From positions 2,666,001 through 2,730,000 of the forward strand of contig OZ287067.1 of NCBI GenBank assembly GCA_965645245.1: DNA of 64,000 nt, given 5' to 3'. The stretch is from Massalongia carnosa. Its lineage: Eukaryota. Shown here piece after piece: positions 34,005-46,085 of the stretch. The first letter of the stretch is position 1, and each line of letters begins with the position of its first letter. The position numbers and the translations under genes are program-made. The notes under the pieces were generated by a model. It saw only the letters and a list, made by a program, of their open reading frames with translations. It made no database searches and was not told the origin of the DNA.

Positions 34005-35372
34005 TCACCGTTTTTTTGAGTTGACATTGCGACCTCCTCCGATCTTTGGTCGACCCTCATTTCTGCCTCTATCGCCGGCCATGATACCTGGGAGATAGTC
34101 CTCGTCCATTAAATCCAAACCCGTTTTCCTGCTTTGCCTACTCATTGCCCGTAAGTATTCCTTCTGATCCTCTGCAAGAATCAACTCCTGCCCCCAACCC
34201 CCTTTGCCTCCTCCCTTACCCGTTCCAGGCTTGCCATGAGCTGAGCCAGGTATTGGCTTCGGGATGCTGAAGCGATCACCACGATGGTTCCACTGCATAT
34301 TCTTTTTCAGGTGGATTGAGAATTTTCCAGCCTGGCTGGTGGAGCAAGATACTCGGGTTAGCGTTGGCTTTCCACATCGGGCACAGAATTGCTGACTTGT
34401 CCTCCTTTCCAAGAAGAAGCAAGCATGGCATCGTAGAATGTATGTCTTAATATTCCGAACTCGCTGTAGGTTTGGCGAAAGGAGGTTGAGGTTCATCTGA
34501 AGTAATACATTTTGCATGGCAAAGTCGGCTGTAATGGTTGCCACCTGAATCACTGCATCCTCCGAGGTAGTTACTGTAGAGAAACTGCCGTCTCTAACTT
34601 GATGTTTTTTTACGTTCAAAGGGGTAATCCAGCCCTCAGAACCTGATGATTCGGAGTCCGATGTCGAGGTAATAATTTTAGGTTGAATGTGAGTTTCCAC
34701 AAGATCTACCTTTGGTGGGCCATTAGCTGGAGAGTCAAACGCTCGAGCGCTGTTTTCCTCAGATCGTTGGGACGTCACGTTGGGCTTGCTACTTTTGTGA
34801 GAAGTATGCGCATCTATGTCACCTGATGCCATCAGGGACGGGCCTTCGTTATCTTCAACCACTCTCAGCGACCCCTTGGCAACCATAATGTTTGCGGATG
34901 CAGGCTCCTCAGTATTAGCGGATAGCGACTGTTGCTGTGTATGGGATCCTCCACCTCTGGGCTGAGGCTCGCCTATCGCGCCATAAGACTTTTTTGAAGC
35001 CGGCCCATTCAAACCCTTCTGCCCAGGTGCACTTCGTAGCCTCCAGTCACCATCATTTTGCTCACATTCCACTTCATACGCCAAAGCCAATACTTGAACA
35101 TCGGCTCCGCTCAGAACCGTTAGATCCCCTGTTTTTCTCGCGAAGTCAGTGATCACTTTGACACTGCCTGGCGAGGGGCTTCTCAGCGATAGGAAAGGCA
35201 GCCAACTAGACTGCAGACGGGAACGGGCATTCTGATCCTTGATCTCGGACACAACCGCCGGCACGGTGACAAGCTCATCACATTTGGCGAGCAAAATCGA
35301 AATGGGTGGATCATTGCAAAGGATTGGTCCTGCATCGAGCACAATAGTGTGCATAGGTTTTTGCGGGCCCAT
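34005..35372 (-). CDS. NOB1: 20S pre-rRNA D-site endonuclease Nob1 (PIN domain plus Zn ribbon)
   Basis: IVLDAGP, FARKTGDLTVLSGADVQVLALAYE, GWITPLN, TADFAMQNVLLQMNL and LRCHACF..FCARCG. Confidence 0.95.
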   Translation of the reverse strand: MGPQKPMHTIVLDAGPILCNDPPISILLAKCDELVTVPAVVSEIKDQNARSRLQSSWLPFLSLRSPSPGSVKVITDFARKTGDLTVLSGADVQVLALAYEVECEQNDGDWRLRSAPGQKGLNGPASKKSYGAIGEPQPRGGGSHTQQQSLSANTEEPASANIMVAKGSLRVVEDNEGPSLMASGDIDAHTSHKSSKPNVTSQRSEENSARAFDSPANGPPKVDLVETHIQPKIITSTSDSESSGSEGWITPLNVKKHQVRDGSFSTVTTSEDAVIQVATITADFAMQNVLLQMNLNLLSPNLQRVRNIKTYILRCHACFFLERRTSQQFCARCGKPTLTRVSCSTSQAGKFSIHLKKNMQWNHRGDRFSIPKPIPGSAHGKPGTGKGGGKGGWGQELILAEDQKEYLRAMSRQSRKTGLDLMDEDYLPGIMAGDRGRNEGRPKIGGGRNVNSKKR

Positions 35373-36284
35373 AGTTGTGTCTGTCTTTGTGCATGCGAGA
35401 CTGTAACGGCACTTCTTATCTAGTCACAGGCTATGTCCAAAGCATGTTTTGCGGTATTACGTTTTCTAGTCGTATGTATGATATGGACTTCTAGTAGCTT
35501 ATCAACTAGCCCATTAGTGTGTAATTTTGGTTCAATACGAGTAATACGAGAGTACTTTAAAACTACACCCCTATACTTTCTCTAGTTCTTGTCATATCTT
35601 CCCCCTTTGAAAATGATACGTTCGTAAAGCTTAGGTGTATCAGTGGTCAATTGCCCGGATAGGAAGCCACTGCAAGCCGCTATAGCTCGTGTGGTAGCCG
35701 CTCGATTGTCCTCCTCTTGACGCAGTCTTCTTGACCTTTTCTTGCTCACTCAGGTCCTGGGGCGTGCACCCGAAGCAATCTTGGAGTATGTGAAGGTGCA
35801 GGACTTATGGCCTCCTATCTAGCCCTATCTAGCCCTCTCTCAATATTATTTGCCCTCATCCCAGCCTTTCCCTTTGCCACCGGGTTGCCTCCACATACCA
35901 AACATGCAAACGCCACAGTCTTTGTAACTAGCATGCGCCCCGTAGCCGACCTAGAATAGCCGCTCTGCCGCTTACATATCACCAAAGCCTCGGGCCGTTC
36001 TATCAGAACCTTAGTATCCTTCATTTTTAGGATATAACGGCTGTTCAACCTCGGGCCTAGAACCAGGAGACTGGCTGTCAGAGCTTCTAGAGCCGTGAGC
36101 AGATCAGCGAGGCATCAGGTTTGGAGTCGGTCTTTTTAGTGCACTGAGTCCCAGCGCAATGGCCTGCCTCGAAAATAACTTGAAAACTTGTATCAACTTG
36201 AGCAGCCCCAGCACAGGGATGATGGCGGTCGAGAAGTGTCGATGAGTACCCCGAATTGGTTCACATCTCTCTTATGGCGGGGTT

Positions 36285-36320
36285 GGTGCCAAAGACGGTG
36301 TCGGTGCCAAAGACGGTGTC
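36285..36320. repeat. 18-bp tandem duplication (GGTGCCAAAGACGGTGTC x2)
   Basis: Two identical units read directly. Confidence 0.8.
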
Positions 36321-38594
36321 GTCTAAACGTGGCTTAAAGGCTTGTGTTACGGTAACAGCCTACGTCAAGGTAACCACGTGGCTAGACATTGCTCTTAAGA
36401 TCTGGTGGAGTCAGCCATGAAAATAGCAGTAGGTTGTTTTTCCCTTCATCTTGCTGTATGCCTTCTCTTGCTATACTATAGTTTGCCGATTACCATCTTC
36501 CGAGGAGTTCTTTAGCCTTTTTATGGTTTTGTTCGGAAATTATTATCAACAGCACGGATCAGCTGGTTTGGCAGATATAAGCTCATTCTCAGTTGATCTT
36601 GTTATCATTTATGTCCTAGCCCATGGGCAGCGGGATTAGGGAAAGTTGTAAGGTGTTTAGGTTCGTGATTTCAGTCTTCCCATGGGCAGAGGCTTCTGTC
36701 ACTGTTATTACCCTCCAGCCCTTCCGTCTCTGAGTGGAAGGTTCTCACGGACTGCAGGACTCTATCTGTGGCGTCATGTAAGCCGTCTTGGTGTGTTTGG
36801 TAAAAGTTCACCGGGTATGCTGCACCAGTGGATTGCCGCTTAAACTTGCAGAAGCATGCATCACAACATCAATGAGAATTGAATAAATCCTCAGTTGCAT
36901 CCGGAAGGCCGAAGTGATGTTTTCTGTGCCCACATGCTTAGCATCTATATAATCTAAACTGGTAACGGTAGTGAAGGAGCCTTTTCGGGCATCATACTCT
37001 TGAGTGGGAGTCCTCATAGCTGGGAAACAACGAGCGCAAGATTATTCTCCCAGTCCTCAATATTGACCTAGGGTGGTCAAGCACTACCGAGCTCCCGCAT
37101 CTGTGGTCTTGTCATAATTGGAGATGCTTGCACCGCAAGGCAGCTCTCCACCACTCCAGGAGATTTGATTTTATCCAAATCGTTGGTTAGAAGGGGCTAT
37201 GTGCATCCGTGTACTTTAAGTGACGCCCGAGGAAGGTGATCTTGAAAACTGAGCCTCTTAAAATCGATGAGTCTAATAGGTGGAGCCTACATGGAACTCT
37301 TCGCGGATTAAACTTGATTGCTTTTTCAGGCAAATCAAGGCAATTTTGCAGCATATATGACCGCTGTTCTTGCATTTTTCTTATTTCAAGCCTTTTGAAG
37401 AGTTATAACGTTCATCAGCTTTGGGCACCTAAAGAATACTTAATATCTTGTTTTCCTCCATGGGCAGAGGCATTCTTTGTTCTCTAAGATAGAGGAATCT
37501 TGTCGCACGAATAACAGACTTCCTTTCATGGCACCATTCCAGTTAATCGTTGGTTACACAAGCTCCTTAAAAGGCCCCTAAGTGCTTATTTATGGCACTA
37601 CTATGTACTGCGGCAAAATCTCAAACCCTACGCTATCTTCGAACAATATTACAACGGATCTTCAGTTCAAGAGCTTGTCAATTTCGTCATCCCATAGAGC
37701 TGCCATACCACTGGCATCCGTTCGAGCCCTGTTCTTCAAAGGCCACCATTTCGATCTACAACGGCTCTATGAAGCTCGACACACATCATTACCCAATGCA
37801 AGCTTATGCCTTTGGTTCGGTGCCCCCAACGATGCCCAACACTCGCTAAATTGATATGAGTCGGAACCAGCTCAGAGGTCTCGTTCAAACACAGCCAATT
37901 ATTCTTCGATATAGACAGTATTCCCCCGAGCGGGGTCATGACCTATGGAGCGACATGCCGCATTCAAAGCTAGAGAGCCGACGGGCATGAGAGTTTTCCT
38001 CCTACAATTCGATCAGACTAGCCCGGTACAGTAGAGATAGCCCAGTATCCACCCCAATACGCTCTGAAGCGTGAATCATCCTGCATTAGGGGCACCTAAA
38101 GTTGCTGTTCTGCGCGAATTGAGTGCTCCGGAGGAGAACCAGCTGACCGTCAAGCAGTCGGTTGCAGTGGACGTGACTCTTTGCTCTGGGATGACCTTGA
38201 TTTCGGTTGGAATGGAGTGAGGCTCTGCTTGGCACATAGGTTAAGAAGTCGAGTGGTCTTGTCATGAGAACATTGATGCAGTAATATACTCGATCGCATT
38301 TTACAGACGCTTGCTCTAGGCCGAAAGAACATATACACCCTTTTTTTCACCTGTTAAACAGGAAATATGCTGTCTGGTAGAGGGCCCTCTCATCCAATAA
38401 GTACCTCCTTTAGGGTGTGAAAATCTGAACGGCCAAATAAACTTTGTATTAACAAATTTTAGCCCACACCGGTACAGACAAATACTATATCTCGAATACC
38501 GCCTGACCTGACGTATTTGTTCTCTATCCGGCCTGTTAAGCCCAATCTTGAGGCTCAGGTAACCCAAGCCCAGAATCATCCACAGGGATTTTTC

Positions 38595-39330
38595 ATGCCC
38601 CCAACTCGGCGCAACGCGTTCATTCATGATCCCGAAATCCAATATCGCTGGGCTGGCGGTAGAATAACCCAGCTTCCAACAGATGATCCTGTCCGTAATT
38701 TTCAGTGGCATAAATTCGATGTCGCCACGGTCTTCACACAGCGCCCTTATACTGACCACTTGCTTGCCGTGCCTGCCGACGCTGAGGTAACCGATGTGGA
38801 TCGCCTGGCGGCTCCTTGGATGAACTTGCACTTCCATCATCAACCTGTGCAGAGCAATACTAGGAGGACGTACTCATTCCTCGAAATCGTGGCTCCAGAG
38901 CCGCATATTGCTGCTCCAGGTTCTTCGACCTTGGTTGGGCGACTCCTACCCCAAGTCTACGACTATCAGTATACTCTTGATGAGCACGAACGACAAATCC
39001 CGCCGTCAAAGGAGCACGCGGGGCTCATCGGGCGCCTGCCCCTCTTGTTGGCGCTGGCGGCCTTTACCGCCCCACCCAGTTATCTTAACGACGTTTTGCT
39101 TGGATCTGTTATCCCGGGTGGTTGGCGGCCTATCCCTGGAGTTCTAGATGGTCGTAAGTGAAAACCCGTCGCCTCCCTGTGCTTATTCTAAACCGACTAA
39201 ACCGATAGACATTCCCGAGCGAGGCATGGTCATCACGGTGTATCACGATCCGTGCCACCTCCAAGAGTCGTCTTATTATCGTCTTCGCCAGTTACAGGAT
39301 GGGGTCTTTGGCCCTTTCTATGGTCCCTGA
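38595..39330 (+). CDS. Fungal hypothetical protein, 2 exons
   Basis: Open ORF from MPPTRRNAF; intron at about 39154-39208 (GTAAGT..ACTAA..TAG) joining IPERGMVITVYHDP. No recognised domain. Confidence 0.7.
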
Positions 39331-40154
39331 TATGGCATCATCATAGTAACTGTTCATATACCGCCGTACTCCGGTTTCCTTATTTCTTTCTTTCTAAGTC
39401 AAGTTACGGTCATTCGTATTTCTCATCGTCTGCTGTACCCCTGGTTTCGAAGGGAACAAAGTTGATGATACCCCCTTTTTGGATACGGTTGCTGGTTAGC
39501 ATGGCTCATGGTTGTTGATTACACTTTCACATTCTCTTTCCTTCCCAAGCGTGTTCTTTAACTGCATCGTTTAGACCGTATATATCTTTCTCCTTTATAT
39601 ATAGCTACTCAACTCTATCAACGTCAAAGTACAGCTGGTGGACTCTCGCACCTATTTATACGTCCCCTGGTAGTACCTCTAACTCTATGAACATTCACGG
39701 CAAACAGCAAGGAAGGAAGCAAATCATCCTAAGCCTCATGGCCATTGGATCTGCTAAACTAACCCTAAAAGCAACCTGCAGGGAACCCCCCTGGCCACCA
39801 GAAGTTTCTGCGCGACCTAAATCATGCCATTGCCACCACGCATGGGGTCAATGATTCTTCAAGCCACCCGCATTCACGTGCGTTGTGAGCCCGCATCGAA
39901 CCTCAATCTGCACACTTCTTCTATGCACGTCGCAATAACTTCTCGATTCTACCTAGGGTGGAGGGGAAGGAAATGCTTCAGCTAGTTTTTATTTGTCAAG
40001 CTACAAGATTCGGGATCACCACACATATGCAAAGTGCTATCCGGTGCCCCGTCCCTTCCGGCTCCTCCATTCCCCTTTCCCCTGTTCTCAGTTCTCGCTT
40101 TCACCCCCACGCTATCTAATTATGGACAAGACTGCACGGCTGATTTTGCTGGGG

Positions 40155-42410
40155 TCATTGCACATCCGGCAATCGCACGGCGATGTCTCCAGACTGCGTG
40201 ATATAGCGGACCCAAGGAAGCGAGGGATATTGAAGCTAGAAAACAGCAAAGGCACGAGGTTGTCAGCTTGGGTAATGAAATTATTTTTATCCCGCAAACC
40301 AGAGTAAAGGGTCCCTCTTTGTTGGGAGAAGAAAGAGAGAAAAACCGGGTTTTCATCAAAGGAAAAACTATCAGATAACGCGGGAGATCTACGATTTCTT
40401 CATCGCGACGGCCAAATCGCGTATCGAAGGTGCGATGGGAAGCTAGGCTTGGCGGTGCAGGAGGCACGTGGGGTTCAACGTTTGGACGCAGGTTCTGGGC
40501 CTGGAAGAGGAGAGTACCAGACCGTCTGTTTGGCGCGCAATATTCTGTGCAGTGAACCAATAGTGACATGGTTACACAGGACAGTTGAGACAAGTGGACC
40601 CCTCCGGGCACACCCATAAAATACCGATTCGCTCGGAAACGGGAAAAAAGACAAAATCCGCATCAACGAGTCCGGACGGGGACGATAAACTTTAAAGGAA
40701 AAACGATCGAGAACTTACCTTGGGCTCTATGATCTTGAGGTAACGCACCTGGATGCCGCTGGTGGTAAAGTAGGGGATCTCAAACTTGACGCTGATGGGC
40801 CGCTTGCCCTTTGCGCCCCCCTGCGCGCCCCCCATGCTGCCTCCGAATCCACCTGTCATGCCGCCCCCGTGCTCGTCGTCCCCCTTGACTGAGGGCAAGC
40901 GCAGCTCTGCCCGCATGAGGAACTCCTTGCCGCCGCCGAACTGCTTGATCTTCCAAATAATGGCCGACTTCTCGGGCGCGTAGTGTACTGAGCCGATGTT
41001 GGTACGGAAACGTGGTGAGTCGGCATCTTCGGGGACAGGAACTAGGATCTCGACGTTGTTGGCTGTTGATCGCCGCTTGAATTGCGCTCGTGCCTAGAAG
41101 GTTGAAAGTGGTTAACACTAAATATGAGAAATGAACCCCTATGAATTTTTGTGAACCGTGCTGATTTTTCCTACCCAGGAGTACGCGAGAGAGGTACCTT
41201 TAACGTGAACTCTATTCTTGACCCCGAATGCGACCTGACATCGCTTTCCACCCATATGAGAGGCTTCACCTGTGTGTTTAACCGATAACTCATGAGCTCG
41301 AACTCACCGTCTGGCGGGATGAAGCTGATGGTCCTGTCGTTCTCAAACCGCGACAAACGCACACACTGATGAAACTTGACATCCTCCATCTCGATTGCCT
41401 TTCCCCTCGTCGCTCTGCCTGTAGTCTCGAACATGGCCTTATCGTTGAGCCCCAGCCGCAGCTCGGGCATCCCGCTGAGGTAGCACTTCAACTTAACGGC
41501 GCCGAGGATCTCGGAGCGGAGGACGTTTCCAGTGGAGGAGACCAGGAGGTTAAGAGATTCGATGACATCAAGGAAGACTTCGTTTTTGCGATATCGGATC
41601 CCTTCGCTGCGCCAGGATACGGCGTTTGTGACGGCTATGGGGGGGCGGGCTTGGATTTCGAGCTTATGCGACTCTTGCGTTATATATCTAGGGAGTCGGG
41701 TTTAGCTTTGTCCGTTCTGGGCATCACGCACGTTATGCTGCGTGGTAGGTATAAATTTGGTTCAGGGGTAGCTTTACTCTTGCAGTATCTTGCTTTCCGT
41801 AGTTTGCGGGTAACCAAAATCCATCATCTCATCTAGCAATTCATAAATGACGACGAAGTTGTCCCGGATGCTCTCCTCCTCTAGCTCCTTGAAATACTCG
41901 GTGAAGACCTCAACGATCTTGTGTAAGAAGAGAAGGATCTCAGCGGCGTTGGTGTTGCGTTTTGTAAGCGCAAGGAGGTAGAGGTTGTTATGGCGGATGT
42001 AGAGGTACTGCGAAGTTTTCTCGCCGTCAGAATAGCCATACATTGGGTCCCCTAGGCTGCTTAAGGAAGGCGTGGTAAAAGACTTTCAACAAAGAAAGGG
42101 AATCATCCTTTCCCCCCCACCCAGCCGAACAGCTTAAAATTACTTCCGCGAAGAGAGGTAGAAGAAGCCGGAGATGGACATACGTTAATGCCCTCATCTG
42201 AGAAACAGGGCGGCACGGCGGAGCTTTCTTCTTCCGCCTCAGAGAGCAAGATGGGAAACTTCTCAACCGCGGCCATTGGGATGTCCCCCCGATAATTTCG
42301 CGCCAGAAGGGTCTGCCATGCTGTTAGGTCTGAGGAATCGAGGGACCTGTGAAACCCGGGAAGTGACTCGCCTTGCCCTTAAGGTCGAGGAAGAAGACAG
42401 CGGATGCCAT
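40155..42410 (-). CDS. APM1: AP-1 adaptor complex mu subunit, multi-exon
   Basis: MASAVFFLDLKGK, YLYIRHNNLYLLALTKRNTNA, EEESIRDNFVVIYELLDEMMDFGYPQTTESKILQE, EDVKFHQCVRL, VKFEIPYFTTSGIQVRYLKIIEPK|LQYPSLPWVRYITQSG. Confidence 0.95.
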
Positions 42411-43152
42411 GAATCAGCTGTGGTGGAGGGCTCCTCCTCTTCAACGGTTGGATTGGGATTGTCGGCTTTAGGAAGATGGTTGCTGGAGGTGGAGAGACGC
42501 GAAAGCCATTACGAGTTTTGTTTTGAGTAGAGCGGAGTGGGAGGTGTTCCTTCAGAGGGGGGACATGCAAGCTGAATCCCTTGATATCTTCTCTTGACAA
42601 GGTCGCTCACGATTATGGCAATAACCAATCGCCCCAAAGCAGGCTAGATCGTGCCGAATTTCACCCGATTGGCGAGAGTCAACAACTTAGGTTCTGTATT
42701 TCGTCTTTTCTTTTCTTTCTATAACAACGCGCCCAAAAGACAGTGCAACTCAACATGCCTTCCGCGACCGAGACTTGGTGTTTTGCCAGGTTTCGACTGC
42801 ACAGTCATTAAGGGCGCCATTCATTTGTTGGGGTTTATTGCGATTCAGAGGCTGCGGAGAGAGATATGATTGGTTCCATTAAGAACTGGCCCAGTATTGT
42901 ACTTCTGTTGCTGGGGCGGTGTCAGAGGGACCGGATAAGATGCGCCTTTGGTGGACGATGGGAGAAATTATAAAGTTGTAAAGACCAGCTTGAGAAGAGT
43001 TTTGGGGTTTCTTGGGGTTTCTTGGGGTGGCAGTGAAGTTTGCGAACGGGTTTTGGGGCAGATTGGGTGAGGTATATTTTCATTTGGATAACTACTTATA
43101 CAACGCTCAAATTGACCGCTTTCATTGCTAAAATACTTTACATGGCGAAATG

Positions 43153-44091
43153 TTACGTTTGCAAGCCTAAAGGATCCAGGAGTCTCTCCCGGACAACCAT
43201 ATTTGCAATCTCTCCGCCCCTTTGCAGACTTATAGCACCAATAACGGCTAATAGTGCTTGAGAAAAAATCAACGAGTTCCCGGACGAGTGCAGATTGGTT
43301 GCCTAGAGAAAATGCTTGTCAGAAATAATTTGTGCCATAGGTGGCGGATGGGGTTGCGGGTTACCTTTTTGGGTTTCCACCGCATCACCTCAGCGATACC
43401 ATATCGCTCAGCCAGCTGAGCAAGCCTATTTTGGGTATTCTTTTTGTTGTCATCGCCCGTATGCCTGGTTTCCTCGCTGAGGGATTGTAATCCTTCTAAG
43501 GCGGGATGCTGAAACGGGATCCGTCCGTAGTTGTCCGGCTCGGAGGGGGGCGGCGAAGTTGGAGAGTGATGGACCAACGCCAAAGATGTCTGCAAATTGA
43601 ATATCATTCGTCCTGTGAAATATCAGTAGTGTTAGCCGTTGGTTTTAGATTCAATGATAGTGACCAGCCTGACCAAAGAATGCTAGACGCTCATTGTACC
43701 CTCTCCTCCCATGATCAAAGCTCTTGTGAGTCACAGCAAGCCATTTGACCTCCTCAGTGAGCATTCGTTGACCACCTTTCCCAAGATAGGTCTCGTAAAA
43801 CCTATCCAATAGCGCTGGGTCTCCGTTGACCGAGAATTCGTTATTATAAACAGGAGGTTTGGACCGAAAGGGCGCCTTCATTCTTGGAGGAGTAGCCTGC
43901 CAGCGTGGCGTTTCCGTTTTTTGCGCTTGATATTCATAATGGCTTGATCTCGCAGTGCTGAATCCTCTCAAGGAAGGATTGGCCCTGAACTGAGGCGCTC
44001 TGAACGACGACCAGTAGCAAGGTTTAGGTTTGGGTCTTCGAAGAGGCCGGGTCACCAGAGACAGGTGTTTCTCAGCAATTCTTGCAGGCAT
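43153..44091 (-). CDS. MRPL15: Mitochondrial large ribosomal subunit protein mL57 (RNase III-like domain), 3 exons
   Basis: Mitochondrial presequence-like N-terminus; WQATPPRMKAP, KWLAVTHKSFDHGRRGYNERLAFFG, MRWKPK and AVIGAISLQRGGEIA. Confidence 0.85.
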
Positions 44092-44357
44092 TAAATTAGC
44101 ATACTCTAGGCACTTGATCAGTGAAAGACGATAACGATTTTTGAACTGCGAGACGCCACAGAGAGAGCCTTAAATATGGAGGAAGTTGGGGACCTTGAAT
44201 TTCACCCTAGTACTCGTACTAGTGCTAGATTTTACGCACTAGACCCAAACGGAAGTCTCATTGATTCCGGTCGCGTTGCGCTCGTGTCGCGGTTTATCGT
44301 ATCTATAGAGTAGTAGAGACGAGCAGCAAGAAGTAAAGTGTCGTTTACATCAGTTTC

Positions 44358-46085
44358 ATGGCCAGCATGAGCGCCCCGAACATCTCAACACTTAGAAGTC
44401 GACTTGCCGAGGCGCTGTCGATCAATTCTCGCTACAATATTCATCATTTGTCCTCGCCTCCCACTCAATGCCCCGCCCTCTACTCTGCACCGCCTGGAGA
44501 GGATCCTGAAAAGACATTTTGCGAAAGCCACTTTCTCAGTGTCGCCATCGAATGGGAAAAAGGTCAGCTTCAAGTATTTGCGCTCGAAGTCCTAATTTAC
44601 ACAACTGAATACCTTACAACTTTGTTTGTGTCCAAAGCCGACTCCACAGGATATATCCATCACCTTAATCTGCCCAAAAGCACGCCTTCTCCGTTCAAGA
44701 AAATATCTACAACATTCCTAGCATTTCTGATCGAGACGAGGCAATGTCCAGATAGGAAGTTAGTGTTGTCATTATTCGCAAGAGCGCAGGATCAATATCT
44801 GTTCCCGGGCAGTATTGAGAACCCTCGGAAGCATGTTTTGGATGACAGAGGATTAATCAAATGGTGGTGCCAGGTGGTGGATCCAATCCTTTTCATGTAC
44901 CCAAGCCCGGACGAGATAGAGAAACAAGAATCCAGGTTTAGCCATGGCATTGATAGCTGCACATCACGGGGTTATCTGAGAGTACCGGGTTGCGATGTTC
45001 ATGAGACGAGGGGATTCTTCCCAAGACAATTGCGAAATAATCTATCCCTGCCAAGAAAATGGTTGCCAGCGGATCCGCTCCGGGATCTTGGAAGGTCTCC
45101 CCTTTTGCCTGAACGATGCTTGATTCCCCGATTTCCAGACGATCCCAAGGCTCGTTACGTGGACGAGTTAGACGAAGAGTTGCCGGAACCTGTATCCCAA
45201 ATGCAAAAAAGTCCATTCAAGGGTCCACGCTCAGGTCAGTGGAAGAGCGTACGAAGCCTAGAACAATTCTGGGAGATGATGGCATTCAGACAAGAATGCT
45301 CATCGGGCCGTCTTGTAGGCTTTCTTTGGGGGGTTTTTACGCCTGTGCGTGCGTTTGTTGGTTGTGGTGAAGTCAAAGGCTTTAATGATCGGTTTGCCTC
45401 TTCAGGCCACCAAAATAATTTAGAACTACCAGCTCTTAGACATACCCAGGCGCAGGATGTTAGGGATTCTGAAAATGAGATGCTAATGAATACGATTCAG
45501 GAATTTGGATACTCTTTTACGTCGTCTCCGGATTCTCCAACTCAAAGACCAAACTTGTCCGCGAAGCCGGCCAAGGCTGTCTCTTTAAAATTGAAGGCAG
45601 CCCAAAGACAGCCATCTACAGGCCCCATCACAAGCCATGAGCCACGCCGTGCAAAAGCACAACCCGAAAAGACCCGGTGGTACTACTGGCCCACATCCGC
45701 ACGTGGCGAAGTGGTATTGCGTGAGAAGGACTATCAACGAGTCAACAACCTGTTGATTCGCCTAGACTACGCCGATGAAGAAACTGCTGCTAAAAGCACA
45801 AAAAGATGGATTGATGATGTTGCCGTCATTGGCCGTGTTGAGAAATGGGGCCACACGGTAGTGGGTCGAAACCTCATCCCTGAATTTCCTGTAGATGTTT
45901 ACAGGTCAAGCGTCGCAACGCTAGACACTGGCTTGGTGAGGAAGAAAAAGCGGGCTACTCATGACGGGCATGAGGAGGTGGAGCAGGCAATCATGAATGG
46001 CAGGGAACCTGGGGTCAATGTGTTGTCTATTGGTCTTGTTAGGAAGAAACCGAAGATTCTAAAAGATTCCGGAAAATTTGGCTGA
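44358..46085 (+). CDS. RTT109: Histone H3K56 acetyltransferase Rtt109
   Basis: TTLFVSKADSTGY, LSLFARAQDQYLFPGSIENPRKHVLDDRGLIKWW, LIPRFPDDPKARY and FWEMMAFRQECSSGRLVGF. Confidence 0.95.
   Translation: MASMSAPNISTLRSRLAEALSINSRYNIHHLSSPPTQCPALYSAPPGEDPEKTFCESHFLSVAIEWEKGQLQVFALEVLIYTTEYLTTLFVSKADSTGYIHHLNLPKSTPSPFKKISTTFLAFLIETRQCPDRKLVLSLFARAQDQYLFPGSIENPRKHVLDDRGLIKWWCQVVDPILFMYPSPDEIEKQESRFSHGIDSCTSRGYLRVPGCDVHETRGFFPRQLRNNLSLPRKWLPADPLRDLGRSPLLPERCLIPRFPDDPKARYVDELDEELPEPVSQMQKSPFKGPRSGQWKSVRSLEQFWEMMAFRQECSSGRLVGFLWGVFTPVRAFVGCGEVKGFNDRFASSGHQNNLELPALRHTQAQDVRDSENEMLMNTIQEFGYSFTSSPDSPTQRPNLSAKPAKAVSLKLKAAQRQPSTGPITSHEPRRAKAQPEKTRWYYWPTSARGEVVLREKDYQRVNNLLIRLDYADEETAAKSTKRWIDDVAVIGRVEKWGHTVVGRNLIPEFPVDVYRSSVATLDTGLVRKKKRATHDGHEEVEQAIMNGREPGVNVLSIGLVRKKPKILKDSGKFG

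Noticed and set aside
35700..38400. Many short ORFs, possibly gene relics
   Set aside because: No motif, splice model or repeat boundaries could be supported by eye.
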